NCBI RefSeq assembly: GCF_035084215.1
Contig: NC_090352.1
Coordinates: 26,350,001 to 26,414,000, forward strand
Length of the DNA stretch: 64,000 bases
Source of the DNA: Heptranchias perlo
Taxonomy: Eukaryota
Direction: 5' to 3'
The notes under the pieces are model-generated. The model ran no database searches, was not told the origin of the DNA, and worked only from the letters and a program-made list of their open reading frames with translations. This document shows, one piece after another, positions 25,036 to 38,074 of the stretch. Each line of letters begins with the position of its first letter. Position 1 is the first letter of the stretch. Made by a program: the position numbers and the translations under genes.

Positions 25036-27958
25036 AACGGACACGTTTTTTCGTCTAAACGCTCCCACACTTATGAACCACAAGCACCTTTCTTTGTGTA
25101 TACCATTACTCTATTCCCACCTCATTACAATTACTAGTTTATTTCACTTATGAAAGTAACTACTACTTTAATTATGAGAGCATTGTTGTGCAGCAACAAC
25201 ATTTAAAATTCCACAATACAAATTAGTCAAAAATTGATAATATATTTCTATACATAGATATTATTAACTACTCAATACTAATTAATTCTTCAAACCCAAA
25301 CTGTGCAAGAAAAATTATTTTCTTAGAAAGTTTTATATCAAATCATGTGAAACTTGAATAAAATTGTCCCAGGAAGTATATTGACGTTAATGTATTTTTT
25401 TTAAACAAGCAAATCATTTAATTTGCTCCCTCACTGTGTACTACCTTCAAAAGCCTTGTACAAGAATAAAAGCACCTATTGGTGCCCACAGCTTGGGCCT
25501 GACTCCATTCCAGAGCTTAGCTTTTCTTATTGAGAACCCCAAGTTTTAATTTTTTTTTAGTTGTTATCCTTAAGATTAGAGCTGGGTTTTGTTTTAAATG
25601 CATTCAAAATGTAACCATTTTCCAAATACTCTGGATGTGTTTTCTGGAATTATGCCATTGACCTTCTTCACCAAATTAAAATGTTTGGAACAACGAAATG
25701 CTAACGAAATGCCAAAATGCAGCAATTATTCAAACTGTTTCCGTAAAGTAGCATATTACCCAGCTTACTTACCTTCACAGTAAAAAAGGTACACGACTAC
25801 TCTCAGCATGGTCTTAAAGTCTATTTGGGGATTTGAAAGAGTGTGTTTGTTAAGCTTTCAAATAGTAAATGGCTTAGTATATTGAAAGCTTCTATGATCT
25901 ACACAAAATTCTCCAAGTCCTTTTTTTTTTCCACTTAGCCCTTTAAAAATACATGTTTCTCCCACTTTGATGCTCCCAGACAACAGTTTCTTTTGGATGC
26001 AGCACATAAGTTGCCTTGATCATTTACCTCTGCCAACCCAACCCGGATTCAGCTACTCAAAAGGTGTGCAAGAGTCAAAAGTAACTCACCAGTGAATTCT
26101 ACTTTCTCCACAACTAAGACCTGGAACCGGTGTTTAAGGAAGTCACAAGAATCTCACATTAATTTGTAATGCAATATATAGGAACATCAATATGCTGTGC
26201 GCCATCACATTACACATAAGTCCCCTTTTAAACAAGCAAGTTATGTCACTGCACAACGCTGTAATATAACAATACTTCAAAAAGGGAGCATTAAGATTTT
26301 TTTTTTTACAAAGTCTTAAACCTTACAGACATGAACACCAATTTACATCTCTAGCTCGATAAAAAGTTGTTTTGTGTTGCTAATATCCTGGTGTAATACA
26401 GCAAGAAAAACAATTTATATGTCTAAACATCAGTTTTACTGAGGATGCCAGTAAAATGTCACTATATTGTAATCAAATAAGTACCCAACTAAAATTTTCT
26501 ATACGACATAAGGGGTAAAAGTCCACAACAACAAAAAAAATGGGAGCATGCCCATTCTTTCCCATAATAAACGATCCACTAATTAAATTGCACTTTTCCT
26601 TTTTTTGTTAGCGGGTATTAATTACTAAGAAAAATAAGTACTCCCCCTTTTTCAATAAAAGAGGAATGTCACCCTCAAGTTGCATTAGGGTGTTTTGCTG
26701 CAGTGAAAACTAGTGCTCACCAGTTTTGCAATAGCTGTATAAATAGGCATATGGAATCTCAAAACTATTATATGTGTAAATAATTATAACAGTTGAGAAC
26801 ACCAATTCTAAAGTGGAGGGTAAACAATACCTAAATTATGTTGTTAATATCAATTTACGTTGCAAGCAAGATCAAGCTTGCCTCAATGTTTTTTTAGCAT
26901 TATTAGACTTGGTGCTAAACAGCAACATACAAACTTAACCTATTCATGAACAGAACAGTTATTATTCAGTTTTATTATCACTATAAGTTAATGGAAGGTA
27001 TATGCTACAAATGCAATGTATAGTACAATGAATTGTAATCAGTGGCATAATTCTGAAATGTTTGGTAAAACATAACACTTCACTTCTAATAAGGAAATAC
27101 ATGAGAAACTTGACATAACTGCTTATTCAGCTACAATGTACTGAGAGAAATCATTAAATATAATCTCGTTAGATACATGGTTTAAAAAAAACTGAAGGAG
27201 CGATCCATAATTACCAATGTTTTCTCGACTACAAATGGTATTCTCGAACAGAGGGTAATTTTAACAGCACTCTGTGGAGGTTAAATAGTAATCTTTGTGA
27301 TTTTTATTAAAAAAAACAATTATTGTTGGGCCTTGATACAGCTCGAAAACAATTTTATTTTAAGTTTGTATCATCAATATGTCAATTTTGCAGCAGCTCA
27401 TAATTTTTAGTCTTGACATGTTGCAGTAATGTAGCTTGAACATAAGTCGGTCGCACTTGCGTGCAATATTCATCTACTGTAGTGTACTGTATCTTTAAGG
27501 GTAAGCCCTACTTGTACCTCTTACCTTGCGAAATTCACATTCCCAGCTGTAAGGTAGGCCATAGCTGTAGGTACTGAGCTTGGCCTACAATCGAAATTAG
27601 CAACACAATAGGCACTTTCCAGAAACAATAGGGAAACTCAGCACAAAAGGATCTTTTTTGTCAAATCTGTCGTTCACTGAAACAGCCATCCCGGGTTTTA
27701 ATTTCCCTTACAGATCACAGCTTCATCAGTGTCCGTCTCTTTTTTTCCCTCCTGGAAACGCCTGGCATTCGCTTCCTGAAAAAACTCGAACCTCCCTCCC
27801 TCCCTCCCTCTACCACAAAGAAAGCCCAACATAAAATATATCACTCAGGAATGTTAATTCTGCCAAAACTCACGGGATCTTTTTTCTCTTCACAAACAAA
27901 AACTACGAATAAAATAGGATCACGGGGATGGAAAAAGCTGAATAAAAGAGATACTCAC

Positions 27959-28290
27959 CGAGAGAAGCAAGAGCGTGCATTATTTGTGGGTGTTGCTGCT
28001 GTTATCCAGCCGTTGACAGCCCAAGCCTGCCTGCCTGCCTGCCTGCCTTCCTTCCTTCCTCCCTCTCTCTCTCTCTCTCTCTCCTCCTGCTGCTGCTGCT
28101 GCTATTACTACCGCCCGGCTCCGGCGTACACAGACCGTTAAAATGGCGCCGCGTGCGTGTGCTCGCGTGAAGAGCCGCGAGCCGTGGAGCTGCGAGCCGC
28201 GAGCCGGGACAAACACCAGCCAGGGAGCGTCCGTCACTACGCAGCTCCCAGCCACACGCCGCCCACCCAGCTGCTCCGCTGAGACCACGA
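27959..28290 (-). promoter_or_regulatory. MYO18A: MYO18A CpG-rich promoter and non-coding exon 1
   Basis: Strong CpG cluster (about 28110-28300) 6 kb upstream of the coding exon; YY1-like AAAATGGCG at about 28140; minus-strand donor CG|GTGAGT at 27959/27958. TSS not resolvable. Confidence 0.7.
28025..28103. repeat. Compound microsatellite (CCTG)(CCTT)(CT)(CTG) in MYO18A exon 1
   Basis: Seen directly. Confidence 0.9.
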
Positions 28291-30249
28291 CTGGCGTTTA
28301 AGCAACTAGAGACGGCCCCTTGCTCTGGATATTTTAAAGAAAACCGAACAGGCTCGTCAGGTTCTTATTTCTGAAGTGTCATCTCCTTTGCCAGTAAAAT
28401 ATTCGGCAGAGAGAGGTATTGGAAACAGGCAAGCGGCGGTAGAAAGATAATCATATTACTTGACATGTCTATGAACTGTCAACGGACGCATTTAGTGCCA
28501 AAGGTAGTTGTCAAAAGACACGTTCTGCAGAACGTGGTGTCAATAGTGACTCCGTGTTAAGGAATGCAAATTAAAGGAATTCATAGGTGATGTGCTAGCA
28601 AACCAGAGCTCAATACGCATTTTAGGATCAGTGAGGCACAACCAGGCTTAAAATTATTGGCATTCTTCCAATTAAACTTGGTAATCCACTCGAGTAATAT
28701 TTGACAAGGGCTTTAGGGATGAGCTGTGAAGTTATTACTGAATCTGGGTCAATTGCCTCTATATTTAGATTTTTTATTCTTTTTGAATTTTCCCACTGGT
28801 GATAAATTTAGTGTTTTTCAGCAGATTGGCCTGTTCCAAATGATGCTTAAGTTATACTACATGTTTGGTACAAATGCAATGCAATGACACCAAATGACAC
28901 TGTTGATTTTGCCTTGGTTGGTGATTTCATATTATTTCAGTTTCACATGTTCTGTTCCCCACATGGCAAATTCTTGCTCTGAAATATGCTGTCAGAAAGC
29001 AGGGTTGCCTTTTTTTTAACCATTTCCAACATTTTTATAACTAATAAATGAAAGTGTTCAAAAAAACACAATTTCTTTTAATGCTCTTATGGCTCTTCTC
29101 CTGGGTTGCTCGCAGCAGCGTCCAGCAGATTAATCTTTAATTCCTGGAACCCTCAAAACAATCTTGGAGGGTTAGAAACCCTATCGGGAAGAGGTGCAAG
29201 CACAGAATTGGTGCTCCACCACAGGAAGAGAGGGAATACCAAAAAAAAAACAAGACAACCTGGGCTACTCTCAGCACTTCCTAATGCCCAATTTCAGGAT
29301 GGTGTGTGGCAAGGCAGAAGGACTTGTCAGCTGGCCTCACAGCAAAGGGATATCAGAGAGACACAAACAGGAAGAAAGATACATTTCGCAATTAGGACAA
29401 GATGAAAGAAATCCAAAGAATAATATGCAGAATCAAAGATTCGGATTTTGATTCACACAGCAATCTCAGGGGCCATTTGATGTTCAATACACTTCATTGG
29501 AGAGTGTAATTGGAGCCATTAGTTTACAATTGTGTGCATTGCTAATGTCTTTGTTTGGAAATAGTGAGTGGAGAAAAATAAAAAAGAATCTTTTTTTCCA
29601 CCTCAGGGAGATCAGCTGCTCTAAGTTTTGTTCTTGAGCCAGTCACCAATGGCCAGGGATAACTTGGCCTCTGAATTTTTTTCTTCCTCACTGCAGGGAA
29701 ACGACTGTGCCTCATTCAATGCCTTCTTTCAATTACACAGCCTGGGTGAACCTTAGGTGTGTAGGGAATCATGGGTATGAACATACATCTTACCACTCCT
29801 TAGCACAGTACATTGCATTGAATGACATAGATTTTTACTTCACAATAGTTGTGAAATTGGGCTATTAGTCACACAGCAAAGAATGTGCAAGTTGCATAAT
29901 CACAAAGTGACACCTTACTGCTGTGTACCAAGCAATGTTCCCATCAGAATTTTTAAAATATCTTTCAGTACTTGTCACTTAGTATTTTCATATTAAGATT
30001 TCATTCTATTTAGCTTAAGTGATATATGATAATCCTTCATTGTGCCCAATGTTTTTTTATGACTACCTGACAGCTTTATAGTCACTTTTAGTGATGCCAA
30101 CATTTTTATTTCCAAATTTTTTTTTTAAATGAATTTAAATCCTCAAACTGCTGTGGTGGGATTTGAACTCACATTCTCTGGATTATTAGGGCAAGATCTC
30201 AGGATTACTAGTCCAGTGACATAATCACTGCAGTACCGTACCTAGCAAA

Positions 30250-30570
30250 AAGTTTTGATAGGGTGAATAGGGAATGACTATTTTCTCTGATTGGGGATTC
30301 AGTAATGAGAGGTCATCAATTTAAAATTGTCACTGAGAGGTCAGGAGAAATTTCTTTACGCATTGGGTTGTTGGAGCATGGAATGCTTTACCATGGGGAA
30401 TGGTTGAAGCAGAAGCAATTGCATCGTTTAGCAGAAAATTGGATAGATACAATAGCTGGAGGAGAGTGAGGTGCAGTGGAATTAGTTTTGGATTGTTCTA
30501 GAAAAGTTCCAGAATAGCCATGATGGGTTGAGTGGCCTCTTTATGTGCTGTAAACTTTTATGGTTCTAAC
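30250..30570 (+). mobile_element. CR1 LINE 3' fragment
   Basis: FDRVNRE*LFSL...FFTHWVVGAWNALP remnant and 3' UTR. Confidence 0.65.
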
Positions 30571-30920
30571 CCCAACTCATCTAAAACTCCACCACCCACA
30601 TCCTGTCCCTCACTAAGTCCCATTCACCCAACAGTCCTGTTCTCACTGACTTCCACTAACTCCCTGTCCCCCAATGCTCCAAATTCAAAATCCTTGTATT
30701 AAAATCCCTTCATGGCTTTGCTCCACCCTACCTGCAACTTCCTTCAGCCCTACTTCCCAGGCTAATCACATATTCTCCAACTCAGGTTTCCCGGCCATGC
30801 TTCAGTGCTCCTCACAGTGGCAGAAATTTCAGCAATCTTGGTCCTACCTTCTGGAATTCCCTGCCTAAACCTCCTCACCTTGCTGCTTCTCTCCCCACTT
30901 TTAAATACGTAAACACCTCC
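30570..30920 (+). mobile_element. L2 LINE 3' fragment
   Basis: Pyrimidine-rich L2-like remnant (aaatcccttcatggctttgctccaccctacct...tctggaattccctgcctaa). Confidence 0.55.
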
Positions 30921-31029
30921 TGGAAACCTTTCTTTTTGACTGTGCATTTGGTTAACTTTCCTAATTTTTCCACATGGAGTGCCTTGGCACATTTTATTAC
31001 ATTAATGGCACTAAACAAATACAGGATGT

Positions 31030-31640
31030 TAGTCCACTTTGCTGAACACCTCCACTCCTTCCACAAGCGTTACCCTGACCTTCCGGTCACTTGCCATTTT
31101 AATTCCCCGTCCCACTCCCACTGTGACCTCTCTGCCCTTGGCCTCTTACACTGTTCTGATGAAGCTCAATGGAAGCTTGAATAACAGAGCCTCATCTTTC
31201 GATTAGGCATTTTACAACCTTCTAGACTCAACATTGATTTCAATAACTTCAGATCATAACCACTGCTCCCCTTTTTTCGGACACTAAGTGCTGCTAATAA
31301 TTCTGATGTTGCTATTTACAGCTCCTCTACACCCATCTTTTGTTTCGTGTCCCATTACCACCTTCCTTGCCTTGCACCATCATCCCTTTTGTCATTTAAT
31401 CACTCCTGCCCTCCACCTTATCAGAGGTCTTCCCTTTTGTTCTTTCCTCCCCTCCCCTTACTCCACCCCCTTTCCCTGGCTCTGTACTTGCTTAAAAACT
31501 GTTTAATCCTCAACTTTTTCCAGGTTATGGACCTGAAAGGTTAACTGTTTCTGTACAGTTGCTGCCTGACTTGCTGAGTATTCCCAGCATTTTCTGTTTT
31601 TATTTCAGATTTTCAGCATCTGAGGAAATTTTGCTTTTGA
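31030..31640 (+). mobile_element. Older Penelope-like element fragment (GIY-YIG C-terminus + 3' end)
   Basis: HFAEHL...PDLPVTCHFNSPSHSHCDLSALGLLHC..EAQWKLE*QSLIFRLGILQPSRLNIDF with an in-frame stop, followed by the common tgcctgacttgctgagt...cagcattttctgtttttatttcag tail. Confidence 0.75.
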
Positions 31641-31854
31641 AATGCAGGATGTTGCTGCCAACCTGTTAGAACAAATCTTCAATAAAGTAATTTTGGGGAT
31701 AACAGAGTATCACCCACTGAATAACTTGCTTAGTGAATTTATATGTAATCTTCTCCTTTGTTGTTTTGACTAGAACAACCCACATGATCCTTAAATTAGT
31801 TAGAAATTGTTCAGCTTTAGGAACGCAGTTAGTGTTCAATGTGTTATAAAATGT

Positions 31855-32087
31855 ATGATGTGGAGATGCCGGTGATGGACTGGGGTTGACAATTGTAAAC
31901 AATTTTACAACACCAAGTTATAGTCCAGCAATTTTATTTTAAATTCACAAGCTTTCGGAGGCTTCCCCCTTCGTCAGGTGAACGATTTCACATCGTTCAC
32001 CTGACGAAGGGGGAAGCCTCCGAAAGCTTGTGAATTTAAAATAAAATTGCTGGACTATAACTTGGTGTTGTAAAATTGTTTACAATT
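31855..32087. mobile_element. Palindromic non-coding PLE insertion (96-bp perfect arms, 5-nt loop)
   Basis: Arms 31891-31986 and 31992-32087; TSD TTATAAAATGTATG at 31844-31857 and 32086-32099; same family as 11300-11434. Confidence 0.9.
31995..32035 (+). ncRNA. Minimal hammerhead ribozyme motif (mirror copy on the minus strand at 31943-31983)
   Basis: GUUCAC-CUGACGA-A-GGGGG(AAG)CCUCC-GAAA-GC-UU-GUGAAU. Confidence 0.75.
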
Positions 32088-33007
32088 ATAAAATGTATGT
32101 CTGCTTGCTGAATAAATTTAGAGCTTAATAATTGATCAAATGCTTTGTAACATGCTTACTGCTAAGGTATTTCTAGGTTAGCAGAATAAAGGAAGGTAAT
32201 AAAGATGAGCAATGTTTAGAAGAGGGTTGCAAACCAGGGGGAAAAGAAGAAGGGGGCGGGGGGAAAGGAAGAGAACGAAGGGAAGGGAAGAGAAAAGGAA
32301 AAAAGAGATGGGAGGAAGATTAAAAAGACAGAAGGGTGAAGGTAATGTGGGAGGGAGATTTGATAAACTTTAGGAAGAATTTTTCGATAGTATGTCTGAG
32401 ACGCCTTTGTCATTGAAATCTTCAGACAAACTGTGGTATCTGGGATACATCGAATGCTTCAATAAAAAGTATTAACAATAACAATAAACATTATCCCACC
32501 TCCTGCTGGTATTATCCCCCTGAAAGTTATCAGCCCAGCTCCTGTTCCAATTCATTTTTTAGTGTCCATTTTGGTTAAAGGGAGTTATTTTGGCACCAAT
32601 ATACAAACCAGTTTTGCATTAATTAATTTATTTTTTTATTTTTCTAAGTTATAATTGAACAGACAGCAGAAGTGAAAACATTCTGAAAAGTGACACACTG
32701 GGAAATATCAAATTGTGTATTTTTTAAAAAGACAGATCTTTCTAGTACAGGCAATACATAACTAATGTTAGTTATTAACATTTAGCTTGTTGATTACAGC
32801 TCAATATTGTTGTATAATATTCTGACTTTGTTATCACAAACATACACCAAGGTTCGCAGAATCAAAGGGAGTTTATCCATTACTTAATAACATTTAGACA
32901 TTAGGTAAAAGTTTTTTGTTCCAAGACTAATGGTACACAGCCATATGACAAGTGTCATGTACTAAGTGTGACTTATTGTGATGCACTTCTTACTCAAGGT
33001 GTCAATC

Positions 33008-33420
33008 CCTTGGCTCAGTGTTATACTCTTGCATCTGAGTCAGAAAGTGATTGATTCAAGCCCCATTCTAGAGATTTGAGCATGTAATCTAAACTGACAC
33101 TTCAGTGCAGCATGAGGGAAGTGCTGCACTGTTGGAGGTGCTGCCTTTTGATGAGCTGTTTAAACTCATCAAAAGGCAGCAACTTTATGCTCCATAAATG
33201 GATGTAAAAGATCCCACGGCACTATTCGAAAAACAGCAGGGTAGGTCTCCTGGAATCCTGGCCAAATTTATCCATCAACCAACACCACTAAAAACGGATT
33301 ATCTGGTCATTTATCTCATTGCTGTTTATGGGACCTTGGTGTGTATAATTGGCTGCTGCATTTTCCGACATTACAACAGTGATTACATTTCAAAAGTACT
33401 TCATTGGCCATGAAGCTCTT
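33008..33420 (+). mobile_element. Deu-domain SINE copy
   Basis: Collinear similarity to 40758-41225. Confidence 0.8.
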
Positions 33421-33989
33421 GATTTAATAAAAACTGTTTTGGCCAGTTTTGAAAAAAAACATTCAAAAAGCTGTAATACTGCATCATCAACCAGAGTATC
33501 AAATCCAATGTTCTTGCTCATTCCTATTTCTTGAGGTTACAGTGACCTCATATACAATATCAAGTAAATTTTTGCAACATTGTATACAGGTCACCATGTT
33601 TGTCCATGAAGGTGAAATATTTCAGCTGTTACCAATCTGTTTGTTAGAGACATATGTACCCATACAAAAAGATTGTCATATTATAGTGAGGAGGTGTCTG
33701 GTTCTCAGAAATATCCTGTTTGTGTTAAGTGCCAATGCCTTCACCCAGGCACAGTATGCGTATTGGTTGATCTCCATTCACACTGCTGACTCTCAATGGG
33801 GTAGCGGCATGCATGTAATAATTTTAATTTTGTTTCATTACCAACATGTCCAAGCAAAGCTTTTTGTTTGCTATCGTATTTGTTGAAATGGCAAGGAGAA
33901 CAGATCACAGAAATAATAGTAAAATAAAAAGAAAAAAACTGCAAATGCTGTAAATCTGGAATAAAAACAGAAAACTGCTGGAAATACAT

Positions 33990-34509
33990 ATGATTTTATC
34001 TTGGAACTAAGCTCGCCTTAGATATTTGGGTGGGGAACCTGAAAATCAAATGAGTGTGCCGCAATCTGTGATCACAACTCAGTTGAAGGTGAGTATTTGT
34101 GCTTCAGGGTTTCCCACACGCCAGATCCAGCCAGCATCGGGATCGGGGGCGGGGGGGGGGGGGGAGGTGGTCAGCCAGAATCGGGATCGGGATAAGGGGG
34201 TCAGCCAGAATCGGGATCGCGATAAGGGGGTCAGCCAGAATCGGTAAGGGTTTAACTTTTGCAAAACACAAAGAATTAAGTACCTCAACTATTTCAATGA
34301 GGTACTTTGCTCTTTTAAGTAGGGGCCTGTTGGCTTGAAGTGGGGGCGGGACTTCCTGGTGTTTGTTGTATGCAGGCAACCAAACGCGCCTGGGTCAAAC
34401 CCGGAAGTGGACGCATTGGAGCCGGGATGTGGTCCCGCTCCAAAAAGCTGTTATATTAACCTCCCACCCGTCCCCAACCCACCCGTTCTTGGGGGTTAAA
34501 ATTACCCCC
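33990..34509. mobile_element. Harbinger-type MITE with an internal 31-bp tandem repeat
   Basis: Right TIR GGGTTAAAATTACCCC; GGTCAGCCAGAATCGGGATCG(G/C)GATAAGGG repeated about 2.5 times at about 34168-34244; left end uncertain. Confidence 0.55.
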
Positions 34510-35351
34510 ATCTGTGAAGAGAAAAGGCAGTTTATTGACATATAGGGTGTATAGACCTTCATCAAAACTGGAAACAGTGGAATAGAAGCAATATGAGAAC
34601 AGATCACGTCCAACTCACAGAAAAGGACAGATGCAGCGAGTGATTCACAATGAATGAACTGGAAAGTGTGGCTCCCTGATGACTCGGTGAGTAAATGCAC
34701 CGTTTGATATGGTCCTGAGCCATTCAGACCATAAAGGACCCAAATTCCATCACTGTTCTACGCTAATCTCAGCCACAGTGGTGATAGGGGCATTACATAG
34801 TGCCCCTGGATGAAATCACAAGATAAATACTTATGAGGAAGGCCATTCGGTCCATCTTAATTCATTCATCCAGATAGATCCTAAACTTCCCCCACGTTGT
34901 AGCATCCAACTGAATGATTCCAGGAGATGTAGGGAAGAATCAGTGGGGTTTATCTCTATCCTGATTATTATCTAGTGACCCTTGCTGGAAAGTGCACATG
35001 TGTGAATCAGGTGTTGTCTCCTGCATTCAAATAGCATGCTGACACTCATTATCCACACTTACACATAAAGAATGGCCACATGAGCAAGGTACTAGAGGGC
35101 TAGCACCGCCCATGGATCCTAACGTCAGGATGAGTCAGTGCCTTCAGCAGAAAACAAATCTGGCAAATGTTTACCATCAAATTGGTCTTAGCATGAAATT
35201 AACCTCAAGTATTTGGTTTAATTTATTCAGAATACAAGATCAACTGAGTTCATACTGGCAAACACTGTGTCCATTCTGACCTCAAACTGTTAGTGCAAAC
35301 AAAGACTATTTACTCAGCTAGGTTACAGAAATGTTTAGACTGGAGAAAGGA

Positions 35352-35674
35352 GGGCCGGTTTTAACTCCCGGTGGATCACCGGCGGGAGCAGACAGCAATC
35401 CCGCATGGGAGTGGGAGTCAGAGGTGGCTTTGGTGCGCGTCCCGCTCAGGACCGGGTTAAAATTCCTTCGGGGGCCCAGTTACATCATGGGACCCCCGAT
35501 TTTCATTTATTAATGAGGCTCCTGCTAGAGTCCGGCGGTACTCATCCATTGCCAAAACCAGCAGTGTTATAATTGCAGATCAACGGGAGCGGAGCAGGAA
35601 ATGGAGCAGCACCATTTTGACTGCCCCCCCACCCCACTTCTTTCCTGCAGATTGAGGAGAGTTAAAATCACCCC
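35352..35674. mobile_element. Harbinger-type MITE
   Basis: TIRs GGGCCGGTTTTAACTC / GAGTTAAAATCACCCC. Confidence 0.6.
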
Positions 35675-35860
35675 TCACATGTCTGTTATTGCAGGAAATA
35701 GAACTTCACTCAACTGGTGTCATTTACATAGTTAGCATGGAAACAAGACTTACAGGTTAGAATCCTCCAGAACAGGTGATATATTGCGTAATGAAGGATA
35801 GATTACACTAAAATGTTGATTGCAATCTGAAATGCTGGTTGCTGTAAAATTAGAAAAACT

Positions 35861-35876
35861 TAGCACCCCCTGGTGG
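35861..35876 (-). promoter_or_regulatory. Candidate CTCF site
   Basis: Minus strand CCACCAGGGGGTGCTA, close to the consensus CCACCAGGGGGCGCTA, in non-repeat sequence. Confidence 0.45.
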
Positions 35877-37096
35877 AAGATGCTTGCAGTTTGAGACTTA
35901 ATGTCTTGCATTGTACTTGTTTTCATTAAAATTTCAATTATTTAGTATATTGTATATAGAAGTGTGAAGTGATGCATTTTGGGAAGAAGAACGAGGAAAG
36001 TTGTATTCTGTAACATGCTGTAATTTGGAATATCGTGCACCCTTGAAGCACTTCCATGATGACCCAGTCAAGATGGATGAGATTAAACCTGTCTCTTAAC
36101 TCTTGGATTTAGATCCACAGCACTCTGGTTATGAAGCCACTATTTTATACCATGAAGCACCTTGGTCTATGGATGATCCAGAAATCTTGATGAGACAGAC
36201 AGTCTTGATGCTGATACCTATCTCCAAGGCTCCAGAACAGATGGTGAAAACCTATCTTTAATCTTTTAATGTAAAAATAAATGCCTTTGAACAGCTGTCC
36301 AATGATACAGCATCATTGACATCCGCAGTTTCCTGCATTGCAAGTTCACAATTTCAACTGGACCAATGGGTTAGAATATCAGAGAGCCTATCAGCACTGG
36401 CTGTTCTCCTGCACCCAGTTGCACAGTGGCATAATACCACAGTGCTTAGCATAGGTTGGTTTTATGCTCTTTTCATTAAGGTCTAAAGGCAGGGAGCAAA
36501 ATGAACTACAAGATGGGAGAATCAACTAGCTTACTATAATCAATTTGTTTTCTCCATCTGGAAAACAAAACTTATTTTGTATTTTCTTCTGACTGCTTTA
36601 TAAACAATTATGTTCTACAGTTTGTAATTATCAACTGTTGTAAAGCATAGTAGCTTCTGTACTTTGGGAAGTAAATTTATTTGATAATGATCATAATATT
36701 TTTCACAAAAATGTATCATTTTATTAAAATATTGGTAAATATAAACTATTTTAAGGATGGCAAGAAAACCTAATATGATAGAAAAATGTTGGGCTTTGCA
36801 TTGTTTTTGAATTCTGGTTATTAACAAAAAACATGAATATGGTTTAAAATTTCTAAGAAATCTCATACAAGGTGAATTGTTATTCAACAGCAAGGAAAAT
36901 ATAAAGAAAGCACAAACAGTGTGTGACTATGTAATTTTTTAATTTTTACGTGATGATTAACATTGCATAGTAGAAGATAAGTTTTAACTTGGCAAGTAAC
37001 TATTTCTAATTGCCTAAAATAATCAAAGGAACAAGTTCTGGCCAATATGACATTTAGCATCACAGAATGTAGATGGTTCACCCAGTTATACTTTAA

Positions 37097-37099
37097 ATA

Positions 37100-37134
<35 letters not shown>
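37097..37134. repeat. (TA)n microsatellite
   Basis: Seen directly. Confidence 0.95.
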
Positions 37135-37142
<8 letters not shown>

Positions 37143-38074
37143 ATTGTTGATTGTATGATTTATGTCAATTAGTGATAATTGTATTCAGGTGGTGGGTATC
37201 AATTGAGGACTGTCTTGTATCCTTTTTATAGGCGAGCTTAGCTAGGGTGTGGTGTGTGTGTAAGGGCAATCTCTGTGAATAGAGGTTGGAAGCAACTAAA
37301 TACCAGGCTCTGGTATTCTATCCTTCACCACATGGCTATCCAATTTTAACAATCATAGATATCCCTGTCTCACCTCTTCCTGCCTAGTGATGATATCACT
37401 GTAAATCCAATTGTAAGCAACTTGAAACTTCTCACCTTCAAAATAAGCTACTGTTTTGCCTATTCTTTCAAGCAAAACATCCTATTCTATTTTATTAATC
37501 TATAATTAATGAATGCCAATTGGTTATCAATATTGTATTTCTCTGCTATGAAGCTGCTTACAATTTGATTTATAGTAATATTATTATCTGATATCAGGAA
37601 AAAGCAGCTATGGATATTTTGATTATTCATTATATCAAAACTTACAAGTGAATCTACCTCATATAGCCCAATTATATAATACATTTTTCATTGATAAAAA
37701 GCAATTTTAACTTAGCATTGACACAAACTGTGTAGTGTACCTTGGGTGTGAAGTCATCCAAATCAAATTTAGACAAGCGAAGTGAGATAATCCCAAGGAG
37801 CTACTCTCACAATACTTTGGCAGGGAACTTTTGAAATGTATTTTTAATCCTGTTGGCTTTTCAGCAACATTAAACTTCTGTGCAACATGCACAGACCTCC
37901 ATTCCCTGCCCAGAGAGTAATGTGGAACTGACACTATAATTTGAACCTGCTGACTCCACATTGCTCTCAACATGTATCAGTCTCAAACTGGTACATCTAC
38001 TTTAACTACATCCACGATCTATTTAAACTGACACGTTCAGACTGGAGCAAATAAAGCCTAGACTAACCAATAAA

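Noticed and set aside
31891-32087. miRNA precursor interpretation of the perfect hairpins
   Set aside because: Perfect long arms, TSDs and multi-copy identity indicate transposon-derived palindromes, although they could yield siRNAs.
34168-34244. Short direct repeats suggestive of a CRISPR-like array
   Set aside because: Plain tandem repeat with no unique spacers, inside a MITE in a vertebrate genome.
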